Below are positions 1 through 13,408 of a stretch of DNA of 64,000 nucleotides, one piece after another. Made by a program: the position numbers and the translations under genes. The stretch's first letter is position 1; each line of letters begins with the position of its first letter. The notes under the pieces were generated by a model that saw only the letters and a list, made by a program, of their open reading frames with translations, made no database searches and was not told the origin of the DNA. Origin of the DNA: Enoplolaimus lenunculus (taxonomy: Eukaryota); contig JASANG010000424.1 of assembly GCA_030248215.1 (NCBI GenBank), positions 372,001 to 436,000 on the forward strand. Direction: 5' to 3'.

Positions 1-259
1 TGTATGCATTGTTGATTCGATAGAACAAATTTGACTTGAATGAATCTTTGTTTGTTCTTCGTGTACTTTTTGTTTTATGCAAGTGTGTGGTCACTGTGAC
101 GTGATTAGTGTAAATGTGGAATTTTAAAGTAAAAATCGAGCACATCCTATCATTAAACGTGATTTTGCCTTTAATATATGTTGTGTTCAAATCAATGTGG
201 ATGTTTTTTCGTTTGCTAATTGGTGCTCGAAATATATACTATGCTTATACTCAAGTTAA

Positions 260-510
260 CCCCTTCTCACATTGAGTTGCCTATAGGCAACTAAAGCGCA
301 GTGTATATACGTTAAATAATGTATATCGCACCGTGTTTAACAATTGCAACACGTAAATCACCATAAGACGTGAGAGCCCCCTCGGGCTCGAGCGTCAAGC
401 TCCTATAGCTGAGTGGTGATGGTATACGCCTCCCACTCCAGTCACTGGAGTTCGAATCCTAGCATAAAGTAGGTCTCAGGGGAAATAGAAAATATTCATG
501 TGAGAAAGGG
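260..510. mobile_element. piggyBac-like MITE containing a tRNA-like A/B-box cassette
   Basis: TTAA flanks at 256-259 and 511-514, with termini CCCCTTCTCACA...TGTGAGAAAGGG. Internal TAGCTGAGTGG (406-416) and GTTCGAATCC. Confidence 0.8.
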
Positions 511-1493
511 TTAACTTAAATTTAGTCTGATACGATAAAAAATTGATCGCCTTTAGATTCGTGTGGTGGGTGTCTCAGAGTGCTAAAAATATATAGTAGT
601 TCGAAATTTCGTGATCAAATTTAGTTGCTTTTCGCTCGTTTCTTTGCCAAATTTGAGGGCCGCATTTGACGTAGTTTGCCTGTTTCAAAATCTCGAAACT
701 GATTGTCGATGAGGTGAGGCAAAATTAAGTAGTAGAAATGATGGTAAGTTAGTTAATTTTAGCCAATATTTGCAAAATATTGTTAAGTTGTTCTGTTTCA
801 CGCTAATTTTCTACCAAATTTCGGCAATTCTTTCATGAAAATTGTGACAATAGTCAATCGAAACGCGCTAATTGCCGGAACTTCCGGCAAAAATTCTACC
901 GGAGCCGGAGGCAGATTTTCGACCAGAGGCAAACTTCCGGTTGTACCCTGGTACCTATAGTAGGCCATTTTTAAAGCATTTCACAAAATATTTTATTTTA
1001 GACACAATTTTAATATTGCCATCGTTAGTGAAATCTTAAGTTTATTCATCTGTTTGAACATAAGCTAATATATATTTTAAATTTGAGACAGCGTTCAAAA
1101 GTTAACCATAGTTTTCCATTTTATTAATAAGATACACCATTGTACAGTTGCCATTTTTACACCAAGGTGAAAGTCTGAACTTTTCACAGGGTACCACCGC
1201 AGGTCTGGCTCCGGCAGAAAATCGGGCTTCGGCTCCAGTAGAATTTTTGCCGATGATTCCAAGAACTAATGATCAAGATTTACTAAAAATGAACCTTAAA
1301 GCCAAAATTTTTAAGAACATTTTAGTTGAAAGCTATCGGTAAGTTAGCCTGGCAGCAACAAAATGGGGAGGTTCAATAGACCTTAGCAGAAAACGTTCGC
1401 TCTCTTTTGACAGTTTTCGAGATCCGCTTGCAGATCAGGTAAATTTCACGGCATGCCCGTCCGAAGATTGTTGTGGCCTCTAAGATATGTTGA

Positions 1494-2410
1494 ATTGGCT
1501 ATGCAAATTCGTTTTTATGCAGCCAAGGCGAAAAGTTATCCTTAAAAACAGTGTCGGCAAATAAATTGTATAAAATGTGGATACACGCTGTGTATAAGGG
1601 ACTCATGCATCCTAAACATGTTTTTTGGCGAGACGAGCTAGGAGTTGAACCTATTTTTGTCGAGCGATCATGGATATGGGCAAAAGCGAAATATGTTGAC
1701 GGCTCTGCGCGAGACGTCCATTTTAGGTTAAGACACAAGTCATTGTATACTAATCACCGCACTAGTCATTTTACAGATGGGACAAATATATGTTCGTTTT
1801 GTTATTTGGATGGAATTGAAGTGCGGGAGGATAATGTTCATGTGTTTATTTATTGTTTGCGGGCGCAAGAAATTAGTTTTTTCATTACTCCCGTTTTTGC
1901 AACAGGTAGCTGGAGTAAATGAAATAACGATTTCGGATTTAATTTTGGGACGAAATATTCACGACCCATTAAAGAGAATAGCTTTTAATTTCATCGTCCA
2001 ACATGCACAATTGGCAATATGGAGTGCTCGATGTAAACTCGAGTTTAACAATGAAAATGTCTGTGTTGTTGATGTTTTTCAGGAAAATGTTTATAGAAAT
2101 TTGTGCAAACTTAAGCTGTATCTAAAAGAAGAATGTTTTTTTAAGGTTTTTGGAACAATAACCCGACAGAATGATAGCATGCTGGGTTTTCGAATGTCTT
2201 TTTCTCAGCGTACCTGATTTGTAGTTTGTTTTGAAACTAGGTTTCTTGTGTGTTTTTTAACATATTTGCTCTGAATAATATCCTTGCAAGCAGAGTAGAA
2301 TAATGGGTAATTTTCAAGGACCTTTGTTATGTTATGATAATATGTTGTTGCCTTCTTTGGTTTATATAATTGCTTTCGTTGATGTAAATGTGGTTTATCC
2401 TTTTAATAAA
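1494..2410 (+). mobile_element. 5'-truncated non-LTR retrotransposon (L1/Tx1-like ORF2 C-terminus), frameshifted
   Basis: Two overlapping ORFs (1551-1922, 1777-2217) join by a frameshift near 1876-1882 into ...HFRLRHKSLYTN...CSFC...EDNVHVFIYC...AIWSARC, the CCHC/zf-RVT-type tail of L1-clade ORF2. It is followed by a T-rich 3' UTR ending in AATAAAA at 2404-2410. No RT domain is present. Confidence 0.7.
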
Positions 2411-2543
2411 ACCCGGGGTGTTCGGCAAACGAGCGCTTCGGACTTAAACTAAACTGTTTTGCAAGATCTATCACTAACTGGCTATAGTTCTTACACACAT
2501 TTCACCTTAACAATGATCACCAACGTTCGTCTATTCTTGTAGT

Positions 2544-2922
2544 CAGGATGCAACCGGAGGTGAAAAATACCGGAGCCGGAGGTCAACGAAACTTGCCGGA
2601 ACCGGAGCCGAAGGTGACTCGAAATTAGGTAGTAAAATGATGGTTAATTAGTTTATTTTAGTCAATATCTGCAATATATTTAAGTTGCTTGATTTTACGC
2701 TAATTTTCTGCGACATTTCAGAAATTCTTTCCTGAAAATTGTGACAAAAGTAAAATGAAAGGCGCTAAAAATAAATAAATTTTGCAAAATTGTACAAATT
2801 TTTACTATCGAAAATGCCGGAGCCTCCGGCAAAAATTCCACCGGAGCCGGAGGCTGATTTTCTATTGGAGCCAGAGGCTGATTTTCTATTGGAGCCGGAG
2901 GCTGACCTCCTTTAGTACCCTG
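2544..2922. mobile_element. hAT-like MITE (CCGGAG-rich family D)
   Basis: Termini CAGGATGCAACCGG / TACCCTG; flanks CTTGTAGT / CTTGTCGC. Related fragments at ~700-950 and ~1187-1260. Confidence 0.7.
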
Positions 2923-3180
2923 CTTGTCGCTAATATTCCGATCATCAGTGATAATTTATATAAATGCAAAACCTAATGATTACTTTTAAAATTTGGCACA
3001 TTTTTCGTATTTGATTAAGGCTTCCTAGTAAACACGGCTTACGGTTCACAGCAGTTGCAGTTCACTTGTTTGAAATCCGATTAAATGTCGATAAATGCTA
3101 TACACCGTTGAGAATACGGCAAGTGGTTATAGGTGTGATACACGCATGTACAACCTGTCTGGCGTATAATACGTGGCTTT

Positions 3181-6100
3181 TTATTGTGCTTTGTCGCTTG
3201 AAATATCACCGTTTGGCAGTTGCGCTGGTTGAGCAGCAGATTCGCCAGATTGGGCTTCAACCAAACGATCAAACAAACTTTCGTCAACAATATCGATCCC
3301 AAACGCGATAATCGATAAATGATCTCGACGTCTGGCTTCGTCGGCGCTTAATTCTTCCGTCTCCAACTCGTCCTGGCTTTCCAAAAGCCTTTTCTCTTCA
3401 GGCTGTTCCTCGAGCTCCGTTGCGGGCAAAAATTCACTCGGTATCAACTGACGTAAATAGTGTTCACCAGCAATGCCGTACCGCCGCCAGTCCTTGCCGC
3501 CAAACGTTGGCCGAAATACTTGGACGCGTTTGGCGGCCCACAGGACTGCTGCCAAAAAGCCACCGCGAACAGACGAAAAGCTCAAGCTCAAGACGCAATC
3601 GTCAACAATTGCGACTTGTCGTTTGAGCTTAAAGTCTGCCGCAGGGTCAAGCTGGCAAATAGTGCCACTGGCAGCGTCGTACATGAACGCGGTGAGCTTG
3701 CCACCGTGTTCACCGATTGCCATGGGGCCTGGCCGGCTCAGGGGGGCGTACGATGTCCGACTGAGCACTTTGCCAGTATCGACACAAATCGAGAATCGAT
3801 TCAACGCACAAGAACCTGCTTCAACGATAACTACATCGGTTGAACGTAGATTTTTGTGCGTTGGAACGACTTTAAAATCGCAAAACGCAAACAGTGAAAT
3901 GCGACTTATCGGCAGCCAGTTGGGAGGCTGCTCGTCTGCGCCCCCTGGTTTACTTGACGAGGAAACAGTGTCGGTTCCTACGTTCATCGACATGGCAGTG
4001 GGGTTACCTGCACTGAGTCGAATTTTCCAAAGTGCAGAGCCACATTTTTCGTTCACAATTCCGAGATATAAATCGCGAGTCTTGGCACAATAGTCAAGAC
4101 GTACTCGGGAGCCAAGGTCAAAACCAGTTGCTTGAGGACCATCTATATAGCGACTGATACTAAGGGAAGGTAAACTTAGGCATAGAATGCTAATATACCA
4201 TGAAGGCCCACCTTCTGGGGTGATTGTATTCCGTGCAACGGATACAAACGCAGTGTCGTTGAGAGGATCGTATGCTAAACCTTGAGCCCATTTCCATTTT
4301 GCACTTTCAGAGTTTTCAGTGCGCAGCTGAAAATACAACAAAATCTGTGAAAAATGGGGTATGGGTGTCAGCAAAATTGGCCGATACTCCCCCTTAAATA
4401 ATGATGGGGATCAATAATGCGGTGTTGTGGTTGAAAATTCATAGTACAGAATGGTCATAGTCAGGCCAACATGTTATACATTGTAAATTCCAGTGAATTG
4501 ATTTAAATTCAAAACGAGTTGAATTACTGGAATTGATTGAACTCATTCTGAGTTAATTAATTAACTCATCCGGAAGTAAATCAGGTCAGAGTGAGTAAAA
4601 AATGAGTCTGATTTCTCTATTGTTTATTGTTTCTATTACCGGGCTCAGTTTTAGTACCTGTCCAGCAGGGTACAACCGGAGGTCTGCCTTCGGCTGCGGC
4701 TCCGGCAAAAAATCGACGGCCTCTGGTTCCGGCTCCGGTAGATTTTTTGCCGAAGGTTCCTGCGATTTCGGTAGTGAAATTTTGTATAATTTTGCAAAAT
4801 TTATGCGGTTGATGCGTTTTGTTTCAACATTTGACGCAATTTTGAGGAAAGAATTGCCAAAATTTCTCAAAAAAAATAAGCGTAAAACCAAACAATTTAT
4901 TATAACAATACATTACTGATATTTGCAAAAATTAACAAATTAAATGTCGGTTTAACTACTGTAGTGAGCCGAACAAGACGGGGGACTGATATTCATTTGG
5001 CCTCTGCAGAGGGTACCAATACAGACTGTCATTTGTTTTTAACCCACGCTACGCCACCCTTCTTACTGATATATATTTCCGGTACTGCAACTATCCGTTG
5101 AATTAAATGATTATTTGTCTTGTGTCAAACACTGCAAATTTAAATGAGTTGATTACTCAATTCAGCTAACGACTTGGTTATTTCTGAATTAGCATCAGTA
5201 AACATTAATTCACTCTGAGTTTAGTTGATTTTCGCTCTGAGTTGAGTTGACTCTGGGTGAGTTGATATATTAACTCAGAATGAGTTGAAACAACTCAAAA
5301 TTCTGAGTTCTGATAGTCCTAACTCAGACTGAGTGTTTCAACTCATTCTGAGTTAAAATCAATTTACTGAAATTTACAGGGTAGCTTGATCAAGCATGCA
5401 AGGAATGTACTTTTGAAATTTAAATACGCTTTAATGCTTCGAACTCAAATCATTTGGTTCTGAAGTGATTTAGGGTTTAAAGACTATCCGCTTACGGACT
5501 CTTACTAGGGATACGGGCTCCTATTGATTGGGACTTAAAATGGGGACCCCTGTTATTGCCCCACACCCTCTTATTCAAGTCACTACAGTACCTAACTTCG
5601 CTTCACCTCCCGCTTCACATCCGCCTGCGGCAAGTTCTGTTGACCTCCGGCTCCGGTTTTATTCACTTCCGCTTGCACCCTGCATGTCCAGTACCAAATA
5701 AACTGGCTGTTTGTTTTTAACAAATCAGATGAAATAAAAATCCATTATGTATTAAAACTTCAAATGAGTCACAGTTGCAAAACACATTCAATGTACCTCA
5801 GACACAAGTCTGCCGTCTTCGTTAAACAACGAAACTCCTTTCGTAGTATCGGTAACAATGACGTGTAAATTAGGTAAAATTTTCACTTGACAGGGTTCCA
5901 AATAATACCCAATTCGCCCGACATGATACGAGTCAAGCGCTGTTTTCAACGGATCGAATCTGATAAACAGTATGTGAGTTAGCCCTTTCACGTATGTATA
6001 CGGACCACGCTACTTTTGGGCGTGGGCCATATTTTCGCGGGTCTGTAATAGAGTAAGCTTAAGCTTTACACTATTTTTATTACGCTTAGGCTTTGTTTTA

Positions 6101-9100
6101 GGTTTATCCTTAGGCTGAGGTTTAGGCTAAGGTTTACATAGAAATATGTTTATATGTTTACTGTTACGCCGCTCAAAGTAACATTGGCCAAATATACATG
6201 AACCACGCCTATGGTGCACTAAGCTTGAATTAAATACGCAATGTGCAGTGTTTAGCAATTATTACGCGTTCAAATTGCTGACCAAAATATTTGCAAGTTT
6301 AAGCTTAAAACTTAAACCTAACCGTAAGAATTGGCATATTCCTGAGCCTAAGCCTAAGCCAAACAGAAAAATTAATCCACAGCTTAAGTTCTAGTCCCAC
6401 AGACAAAGGGACCGTGCCATAGATTAATGCTCTGGCAAGCTACGGCATCTACAACTAAGCATTTTCTGCACGCTCATCGAAATTTTATAGGAATGGATTC
6501 CCCTGATTGGTATAGTAGCAGTCCAGCATCACACTCCCGTTAATAGATCTAAATTATTACGTTATATAAAACAAGCCATCACCATTCGCGATCATATGGT
6601 TTTGCGTAGAGGGACTCAAACAGGTGGTGTTAATCAAATTTCTAGCATATTGCATGTCCTACGCTGCAAAAAATGGTGAGTCAGATTGGCTAGCTCTGAA
6701 ATGGGTAACACAAGACTACACAAACTGAGTCAAATTCGCCTCGCCGGAGTCAAATGTGCGACTCAGTGAGTTGAATGTGACTCTGTGATGGCGTCAAATT
6801 TTGACTCGATTTGTTTAATCCCGTAGGCCTATTTCAGAGGCAGTCAATTTGATTCACCATTTTTTGCAGTGACCAAGGGATCTCGGTGCCAAGCCAATTC
6901 AAATTTATGCTCATTCTTACGCTTAGGTTTAGGCTTAGGCTTAGGCTTAGGCATATGCTTATAATACTGTTCCGACCCTGTTCTGTACATTGGCCCAAAT
7001 TGCTCCACCAATCAAAAAAATTTATGATCGTGGCCGCGTAATATATCATAGTAAAAATTTTAGTACTAAACTAAATTTTGATTTTGGTATGCAGATGGGA
7101 ATGTCTCCGCCTGATTGGCGCTTTCTTGGATACGTCAGTGCTTGCTACGCGTGTATCTGCCTTGTCCTGTTGTGCTTACTTTTTAATCGTTTCGTTCAAT
7201 TCAAACAACTGTTCAGTGAGATGAGCAATTTCTTGGCGTTGGCTGTTGATTTCGCCGTAAAGCCGTTTGTGAGCATCGCTCATTTGTTCTTGAGTCATTT
7301 TGAGCTCTGCATTTCGCTGAAAAAAATATAAAATTTGCATATTTTTAAACTTTAAAACACTAAGATGTGGATCGACGTTGAGGATTCTTATGGTATCCGC
7401 AAACTTGTTTTCGTTTTAAGCAAAAAATTTGGGTCAAATATAACATAGAAAAATGCTTCAAATCTATTAAAGTGTATATATGCATGAATGTATTAATGTT
7501 TGAACTCATTTCGAGTTAATCAACTCGCACGGAATTAATTCACTACAGAGTGAGTTAATTTTTACAAGAAATAACCAGAAATGACTAATTCGTTCTCTAC
7601 GATGATTAATCAACTCACTGGAATTTACATGCGAAACTCTACTAATTGTAACCAGAAACGGAACTGCAATTTTAATTCTTAAACCTTTCCTCTAAGTATG
7701 ATTTTTTACAAGTAAACACAGAGGATAAGCAATGACACTTTGATCCCGTGGCAGTAAGCTTGCTTTAAGGTCTGTAAAGCGTTTATCTCATATTCCGAGC
7801 TTATTTTGAAGGGGTACATATTCTATGCGTATCCCCACGTATACTCGCCTTCGTAATATGCTTGCTTGTGGCATACGTGTCGAAATGTTTAGTCAACAAA
7901 GCTAGGATTGTCAGCGTTGAACCTTGTGTAATCCTAGACCCGTATTTTTAAATGTGTATAGCAACTATGGCCCATGTAAAGATCAGGAGCGGAACCTTGT
8001 TCTGTGGGACTAGAATAGAGTAAGCTTAAGCTTTAGACAAATTCTTTGCTTAGCTTAGCCATAGGATTAGGCTTAGGCTTAGACATAGGCTTCTGGTGAT
8101 AGGCGCTACAAAAAATTTGTCACTCGCTACCAACCTGGATATACACTGATGTCGGAAATGTAGCGCAATGGCTTTGCCCGTTGACCTCAAACCCCATAAG
8201 TTTGCGGATTTGAAATTTTGTTAGAATTTTGAGTCCAACTAAATTGTTCAGTGATTGCTTACCTCAGTGATAAAGTCTTCCATTTTAGCGGCGTATTCAA
8301 ATTCGTTCGATAATCGTTTTTCAGCTGCAGCTTTTTCATCTCGAGCTTGTACCACCAATTGCTCTACTTCTGCAACTCTGTAAAAGACAAAAACACGACA
8401 TAGATGTGTGTTCAAATTTTCAAGTATGCGTATAGCAGCTATCATGCGTTGAACAGTTTGCCAGCTCAAATTTGCGTTCAAAACTTACTTCTGTTCAGCG
8501 TTCATAAATTTCGGTCGTTCTTCGTCTGCGGTTTGTACCAGTCGCACCATCAGATCTTCTGTTTCACCGACGTCCAGTTTCAAGTGACGTGCCGCTGCAT
8601 CGACTTGAGTTCGAGTGACGTTCAATCGAAGTTTGGACAACACCGAAGGTTCTTCTCGTAGGATCGTTGGTTGGGGTTTGATTTGAACGCGAGTTTCTTC
8701 TTCTTGTTGATCGTCGTCGTAGTCGAATTCTGGTTGCTGTTCCTGGGTTATTTTTTCTTCATCTTTTTCTACATTCTCTCCTTCTTTTATTTTATTTTCG
8801 CATTCATTTTTGTCTTCTGCTTCTTTTGGTTTCTCTTCTACTTCATCTTGTTTTTCGTTTTGGTCTCTAAATTGCCGTTCGTCTTCGATTTTGTCGTTTA
8901 CATCATAGCTTTCGCGTATTTTTTCTGCGCTTTCCATGTTTGCTGTTTTCGTAACATATTGCTGATGATCGATCTGGTGTTCTTCGGTAGTTTGCAATTT
9001 ATCAACATGGTTACAGTCCTGGTGTCTCAAATTTTCCCACGCTTCTTTTCCGTCTTCAACCCTTTCCCACGATCTGTCTTTGCGTTCCGCTGAATTTTCA

Positions 9101-9270
9101 GCATCTGATGTTTTGAAATCAGTCGCTTCTTCTGGTTGAATTTCAATTTCAATTTGGTGTTCAGTTGAAGTTCCTTCTCCAACAAATTGTTCGCTATCGA
9201 GTCGCTCATTACTCGCTTGCTCATCACCACTGCGATCACTCAAGTTGTGGATTTGCGAAATTGATTCCAT
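3181..9270 (-). CDS. Uncharacterised protein (~780 aa): acidic low-complexity N-terminus, coiled coil, C-terminal NHL-like beta-propeller; 5 coding exons
   Basis: Exons 9270-8489, 8377-8263, 7316-7180, 5959-5797, 4326-3181. All introns are GT-AG with matching phases (2,0,2,0); total 2343 nt is open. Exons 2-3 are heptad-like (VAEVEQLVVQARDEKAAAEKRL...). Exons 4-5 have propeller-like blades (EPCQVKILPNLHVIVTDTTKGVSLFNEDG, AQGLAYDPLNDTAFVS, RPGPMAIG). The domain call is inference. Confidence 0.8.
4666..5682. mobile_element. hAT-like MITE (family D) hosting nested Tc1/pogo-like (4959-5588) and EnSpm-like (5130-5381) MITEs
   Basis: CAGGGTACAACCGG...TGCACCCTG. Removing 4959-5588 plus one TA restores the family D sequence seen intact near 16950-16980. 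Confidence 0.75.
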
Positions 9271-11940
9271 TTTCGTTTTATATTTTATTACAGTGGCCTG
9301 TAATGTATAGAACGGGGCCGTAACAGTAGTAAAAGCAAATCCTAAACCTGTGGCGCGTAAAAATGATGTTATAGTTCGTACCTTAACCTAAGCCTATGCC
9401 TAAGCAAAAAAATTAGTCTAAACCTTTATACTTGCTTTAATTGCAGTACCGCAGAAACACGTTCCGGCGCTGATCTTTACAAGGGTCGGATACAGAAACG
9501 GTGAAACGGGTCTATACCTGGTTATTTAATTTTTGGGTAAATTAGGTTGAAATTTAAAAAACCGCAGCAGGGCCTGGCTTAGGGTTTGCCATAAACAGTA
9601 ACAGCATCTAAACCCGTTAACCAATGAAAATATGTTGGTTTTTTACACATCAATCGTGTTACCGTTTACTTAGAATCTTACACTTGAGCATCAACTGAAT
9701 GACGTTTTTCGACGGAAGCGAACGAGAAGTCAAACGCATGTTTCGTAAACTTAAACGGGCCAATGAATTTACTTTAAGATTCAATAGAGTTTTAAAATTG
9801 ATTTGGTTCTACAAAGCCGGTTTGTTTGATGTTTAAAATTTAATGTTCAATCAAAAAAGCCGCCGAAATAATCAAAATTGCTTCTGGTGATAGATTTACA
9901 ATATTACGTTGCCTATACATTTTTATCGACCAATGTATAAAACAGGGCCGAAACAGTAGTATAAGCATATTTCTAAGCCGAAGCCTAAAGCCTAAACCTT
10001 AGCCTAAGCGTAAGAATGAACGTATTCCTAAACCCTAAGCATAAATCTAAAGCCAAAGCAAAAAAATAGTCTAAAGCTTATGCTTACTCTATTACGCTCC
10101 CGCCGGAAAACGTTCCGACCCTGTTCCATACATGGGCCCATTATCAAACGAAACGTAAAAACTAATTTTAGAAGCTTTTGATAAAAACCTTTCAGCCATT
10201 CAAAAATGATATTTTCAACTTTGAACCGACATTCAAATCGAAATCAGTTCAAGAACAAGGATTCGCTTTCAAAATAAAGTTGAAAATCAGGATCCAAAAC
10301 ATTAAAGTGTAATAAACTTAAGCGGTACTATTTATGTCGTAGCTCAAGTCGTAATTCAGCCCAATTTATGTAAATGGATGTGGAATGATGTTGATGTACG
10401 TGTTTTAGCATCTGTATCGTTCTGGCATTTGGCTTAGTTGCAGCCAAACTGGACCAACTCCATATCATGCATGGAAGATCCCACGTTTTACTAGCAGGCC
10501 CGTAGCTAGCTTACCTTGCTAGGGGGGTTTAAAAATTTTCAGAAGTGGCATACAAGAGTTTTCGGTGACTTACTGGCAAGATTGAAAACTTTCTAGGGGC
10601 GTGAAAATTTTTTCCAGGGGGACTTATCCCCCATGGGCCCCCTCGTAAGGCTGCGGGCGCGTTTACCTATATGTTTGACAAGCTACGCGATTGGCATTTT
10701 TGCAAATATTTTCTTCTTATTAACCACTCACATACCAAGGTGTCGTTTTACGTGTTACAATTTAATTTAATGCCAAAAATACACTGTGTTTTGTAATAAA
10801 AAAGCAACATACGCTCGGTATTGAAATATTGCAGCAAATCACACTGCAATCGCAATCTTATGCAGTGCATAGAAACATTTGCAATTGGTTGCACAATCGA
10901 AATAAAGCAAAAAAAATATTTTGGTACATACGCATGTGGACCGTGTAAAATGTATAGAGTTAAAACTGTTTTGATACAACTGATCAGAAAGGAACACCTT
11001 TTCCGGCCTTCAGGCAGATGATACCTAGGAGCCTCAACGGATCAGGACCTTTTTGTCCTTAGTTGAACAGGGCAAAATTCAATTTTTTTCTAAACCTCTT
11101 GCTGTCGATCCCTAGTTTTACGGATGTGACAGCTATCACCGGTGTAAGAATAGGATTTCAATCAGGCAAATTTTTGCACCGACGTCTCAACCAGAAACTA
11201 GGAGCCCATGTATAGAACAAGGCCGGAACAGTAGTATAAGCATATTCCTAAGCCTAAGCCTAAACGTAAGGATGAGCCTATTTCTAAGCCGAAGCCTGAG
11301 CCTACGCCTAAGCGTAAGCAAAAAAGTTAGTCTACAGCTTAAACAGACTCTTCTATTACAGCCCCGTCGGAGAACGATCTGGCCCTGTTCAAAGGGCCAT
11401 AAAAGGGTCAATGAGACTTATAAAGGGTGCCAGCATAGAATTTGTTGCAACAAAACGCTATGCAAGAAAACCAAAATCATCTTCAGTACCTTGTCGCAGA
11501 AGCGTTATTCATCGGCTAGTTCACATCTGTTACACGAAACACAAAATAACTCGAACAGCAAACTTAGGGGGGTAGCGTGGCTCGGTCCCCCCTTGGAAAA
11601 ATTTAGACCCCCTAGAAAATTTTCATCCTTGCTTGCAAGTCGTTAAAATCCCATGAATGCCGTTCATGAAAATTTTTTAGCCCCCGCCCCTTAGCAAGAT
11701 GAGCTGGTTACCGGCCTGACGGCGCCCCAAAATTTAATTCGCCCACAGGGTTTGACCATTCTGTGAGGTGTGTTTACTATTCATTGCAACAAACTGCAGA
11801 GCGTGCAAAATTAAGACAAAATTTTCAAATTTATATCTCGTGTAATAAAGGTTTGAAATTAATACCTGCTTAAAACGAAGAAATAGCAGGTTTATATTTG
11901 TGCAAGAATATATGCAATGTTGGGAATTTCGGTCAATGTA

Positions 11941-12183
11941 CACTCAAAATAATATTTCTGATATTTAAGAAAAAATTTCTTACATTTAAGAAACATGAGC
12001 AAGGTGCACTTGAAAAGTATTTCTGTTATAACAGAAAAGTTTTCAAAAAAAGTTTTGAAATAAAGTCTGAAAATAAACGTTTCCCATTTACGTTTAGAAA
12101 AAATGTCTTAAATTTCAGAACATTTTTCAGATTCGCCACAGAAAATAGGTTTCTGAATAAATTCAGAAATACTTTTTTGAGTG
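11941..12183. mobile_element. CACTC-ended MITE (family K)
   Basis: TA|CACTCAAAA...TTTTGAGTG|TA; near-identical copy at ~56456-56700. A similarly built CACAC-ended element lies at ~52257-52922. Confidence 0.75.
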
Positions 12184-13373
12184 TAAAGAACAGGGGCGTT
12201 ATAGTAGTATAAGCATATTCCTAAGCCTATTAAGCTAAAAAATTAGCTTATACCTAAATCTAAGCCAAAGCCTAAAGTCAAAGCGTAAAAATGAGCCGCT
12301 ACCTATGCTTAAGCCCAACAGCCTAGATCTGAGTAAAAAATGTGTAAAGTTTAAGCTTTACTCTATTGCAGTTCCGAAGAAAAACGTTCCAGGAATAATG
12401 TGGGCCGAAATTTTATTCTCGCGTTATGTTTCAAAGCATAATTAACCAAAATTTCAAAAAATCGTTTGCTTTTTAGTATACGACGAAAATAAGATTTATT
12501 GGCCAATTCCTAAGCCTAAGCCTAAGCGTAAGCCTAAACCTAAGCACAAAAATGAGCATATTTCTAAGCCAAAGCTTAAGCCTAAGCCTAAGCCAAGCAA
12601 AAAAATTAGTCTAAACCTTAAGCGTACTCTTTTCTACTAAAAAATCCTTTAAGTTTTCGGCTCCGTTCGCTAAACTCTGTACAACAAGAAAGTAAAAACA
12701 AATCTAAAAAATTCTTGAAAACAAAGTGTATACAAATTTAGTCTGTCGGTGCTTAGTCCACTTTAGCACGTCTTGAACTCAGCCCTGTAGCCCGAGGGGG
12801 TCACGGGAAGGGAGGTTCACCCCCTGGAAATTTTGGCCCCCCGAAAATTTTTCAACTTGTAAGTAATCGAAAACACTTGTAACGCCTTTCCTGAGAAACG
12901 GTAACCCCGCTAGCAAGTTAAGGTAGCTACGGCCTGCTTGGATTTTGGCATGGTCTAAAAATGAAGCAATGAATCGAAATGTTTTCTGAAATAATGTATG
13001 CCATATTCCCCCAAACAAAATTTTTAACTACAAATTGTCCATCCTATCACGTACTGCATTTCAATATTTAACACTATTTAATTTCATAAATCGTAAAAAA
13101 AATTTAAAATTTTAGCTTTTATCAGCCACCGTTGAAAACTGCACTCGGTACAAACTTAATTTCCGTAAATTCTGTATTAATAAAGCTGGAACGCCCATAA
13201 ATACGTAACCTGAACATGGCCAAAAAACAAAATAATCGAATTCACATCGACAGCCAACATTGCGCCACTGGATCGGTTAAAATGTTGGTGTTGCAAATAT
13301 TGTAACCGCTTTTTTCACACCAGTTTACAACAATATTTGTGACAAACATCTGCTGTTCTAAGGTTGATTATTT

Positions 13374-13408
13374 ATTTCCGTAGCAACCACACCACTGCCC
13401 ATAGCAAC
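13374..13408. promoter_or_regulatory. Pair of X-box-like motifs
   Basis: ATTTCCGTAGCAAC (13374-87) and CTGCCCATAGCAAC (13395-408), followed by a possible non-coding exon donor CAG|GTAGAA at ~13436. Confidence 0.35.

Noticed and set aside
276..291. X-box-like palindrome GTTGCCTATAGGCAAC
   Set aside because: It has a 4-nt spacer, sits in the subterminal part of a piggyBac MITE, and is not near a gene start.
398..465. Functional tRNA gene
   Set aside because: A and B boxes are present but there is no acceptor stem, and it is part of a repeated TTAA-flanked MITE.
3420..4093. Plus-strand ORFs (68-206 aa)
   Set aside because: Antisense shadows of the large last exon of the minus-strand gene.
8671..9093. 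Phe-rich 140-aa membrane-like ORF
   Set aside because: Antisense of the E/K-rich first coding exon.
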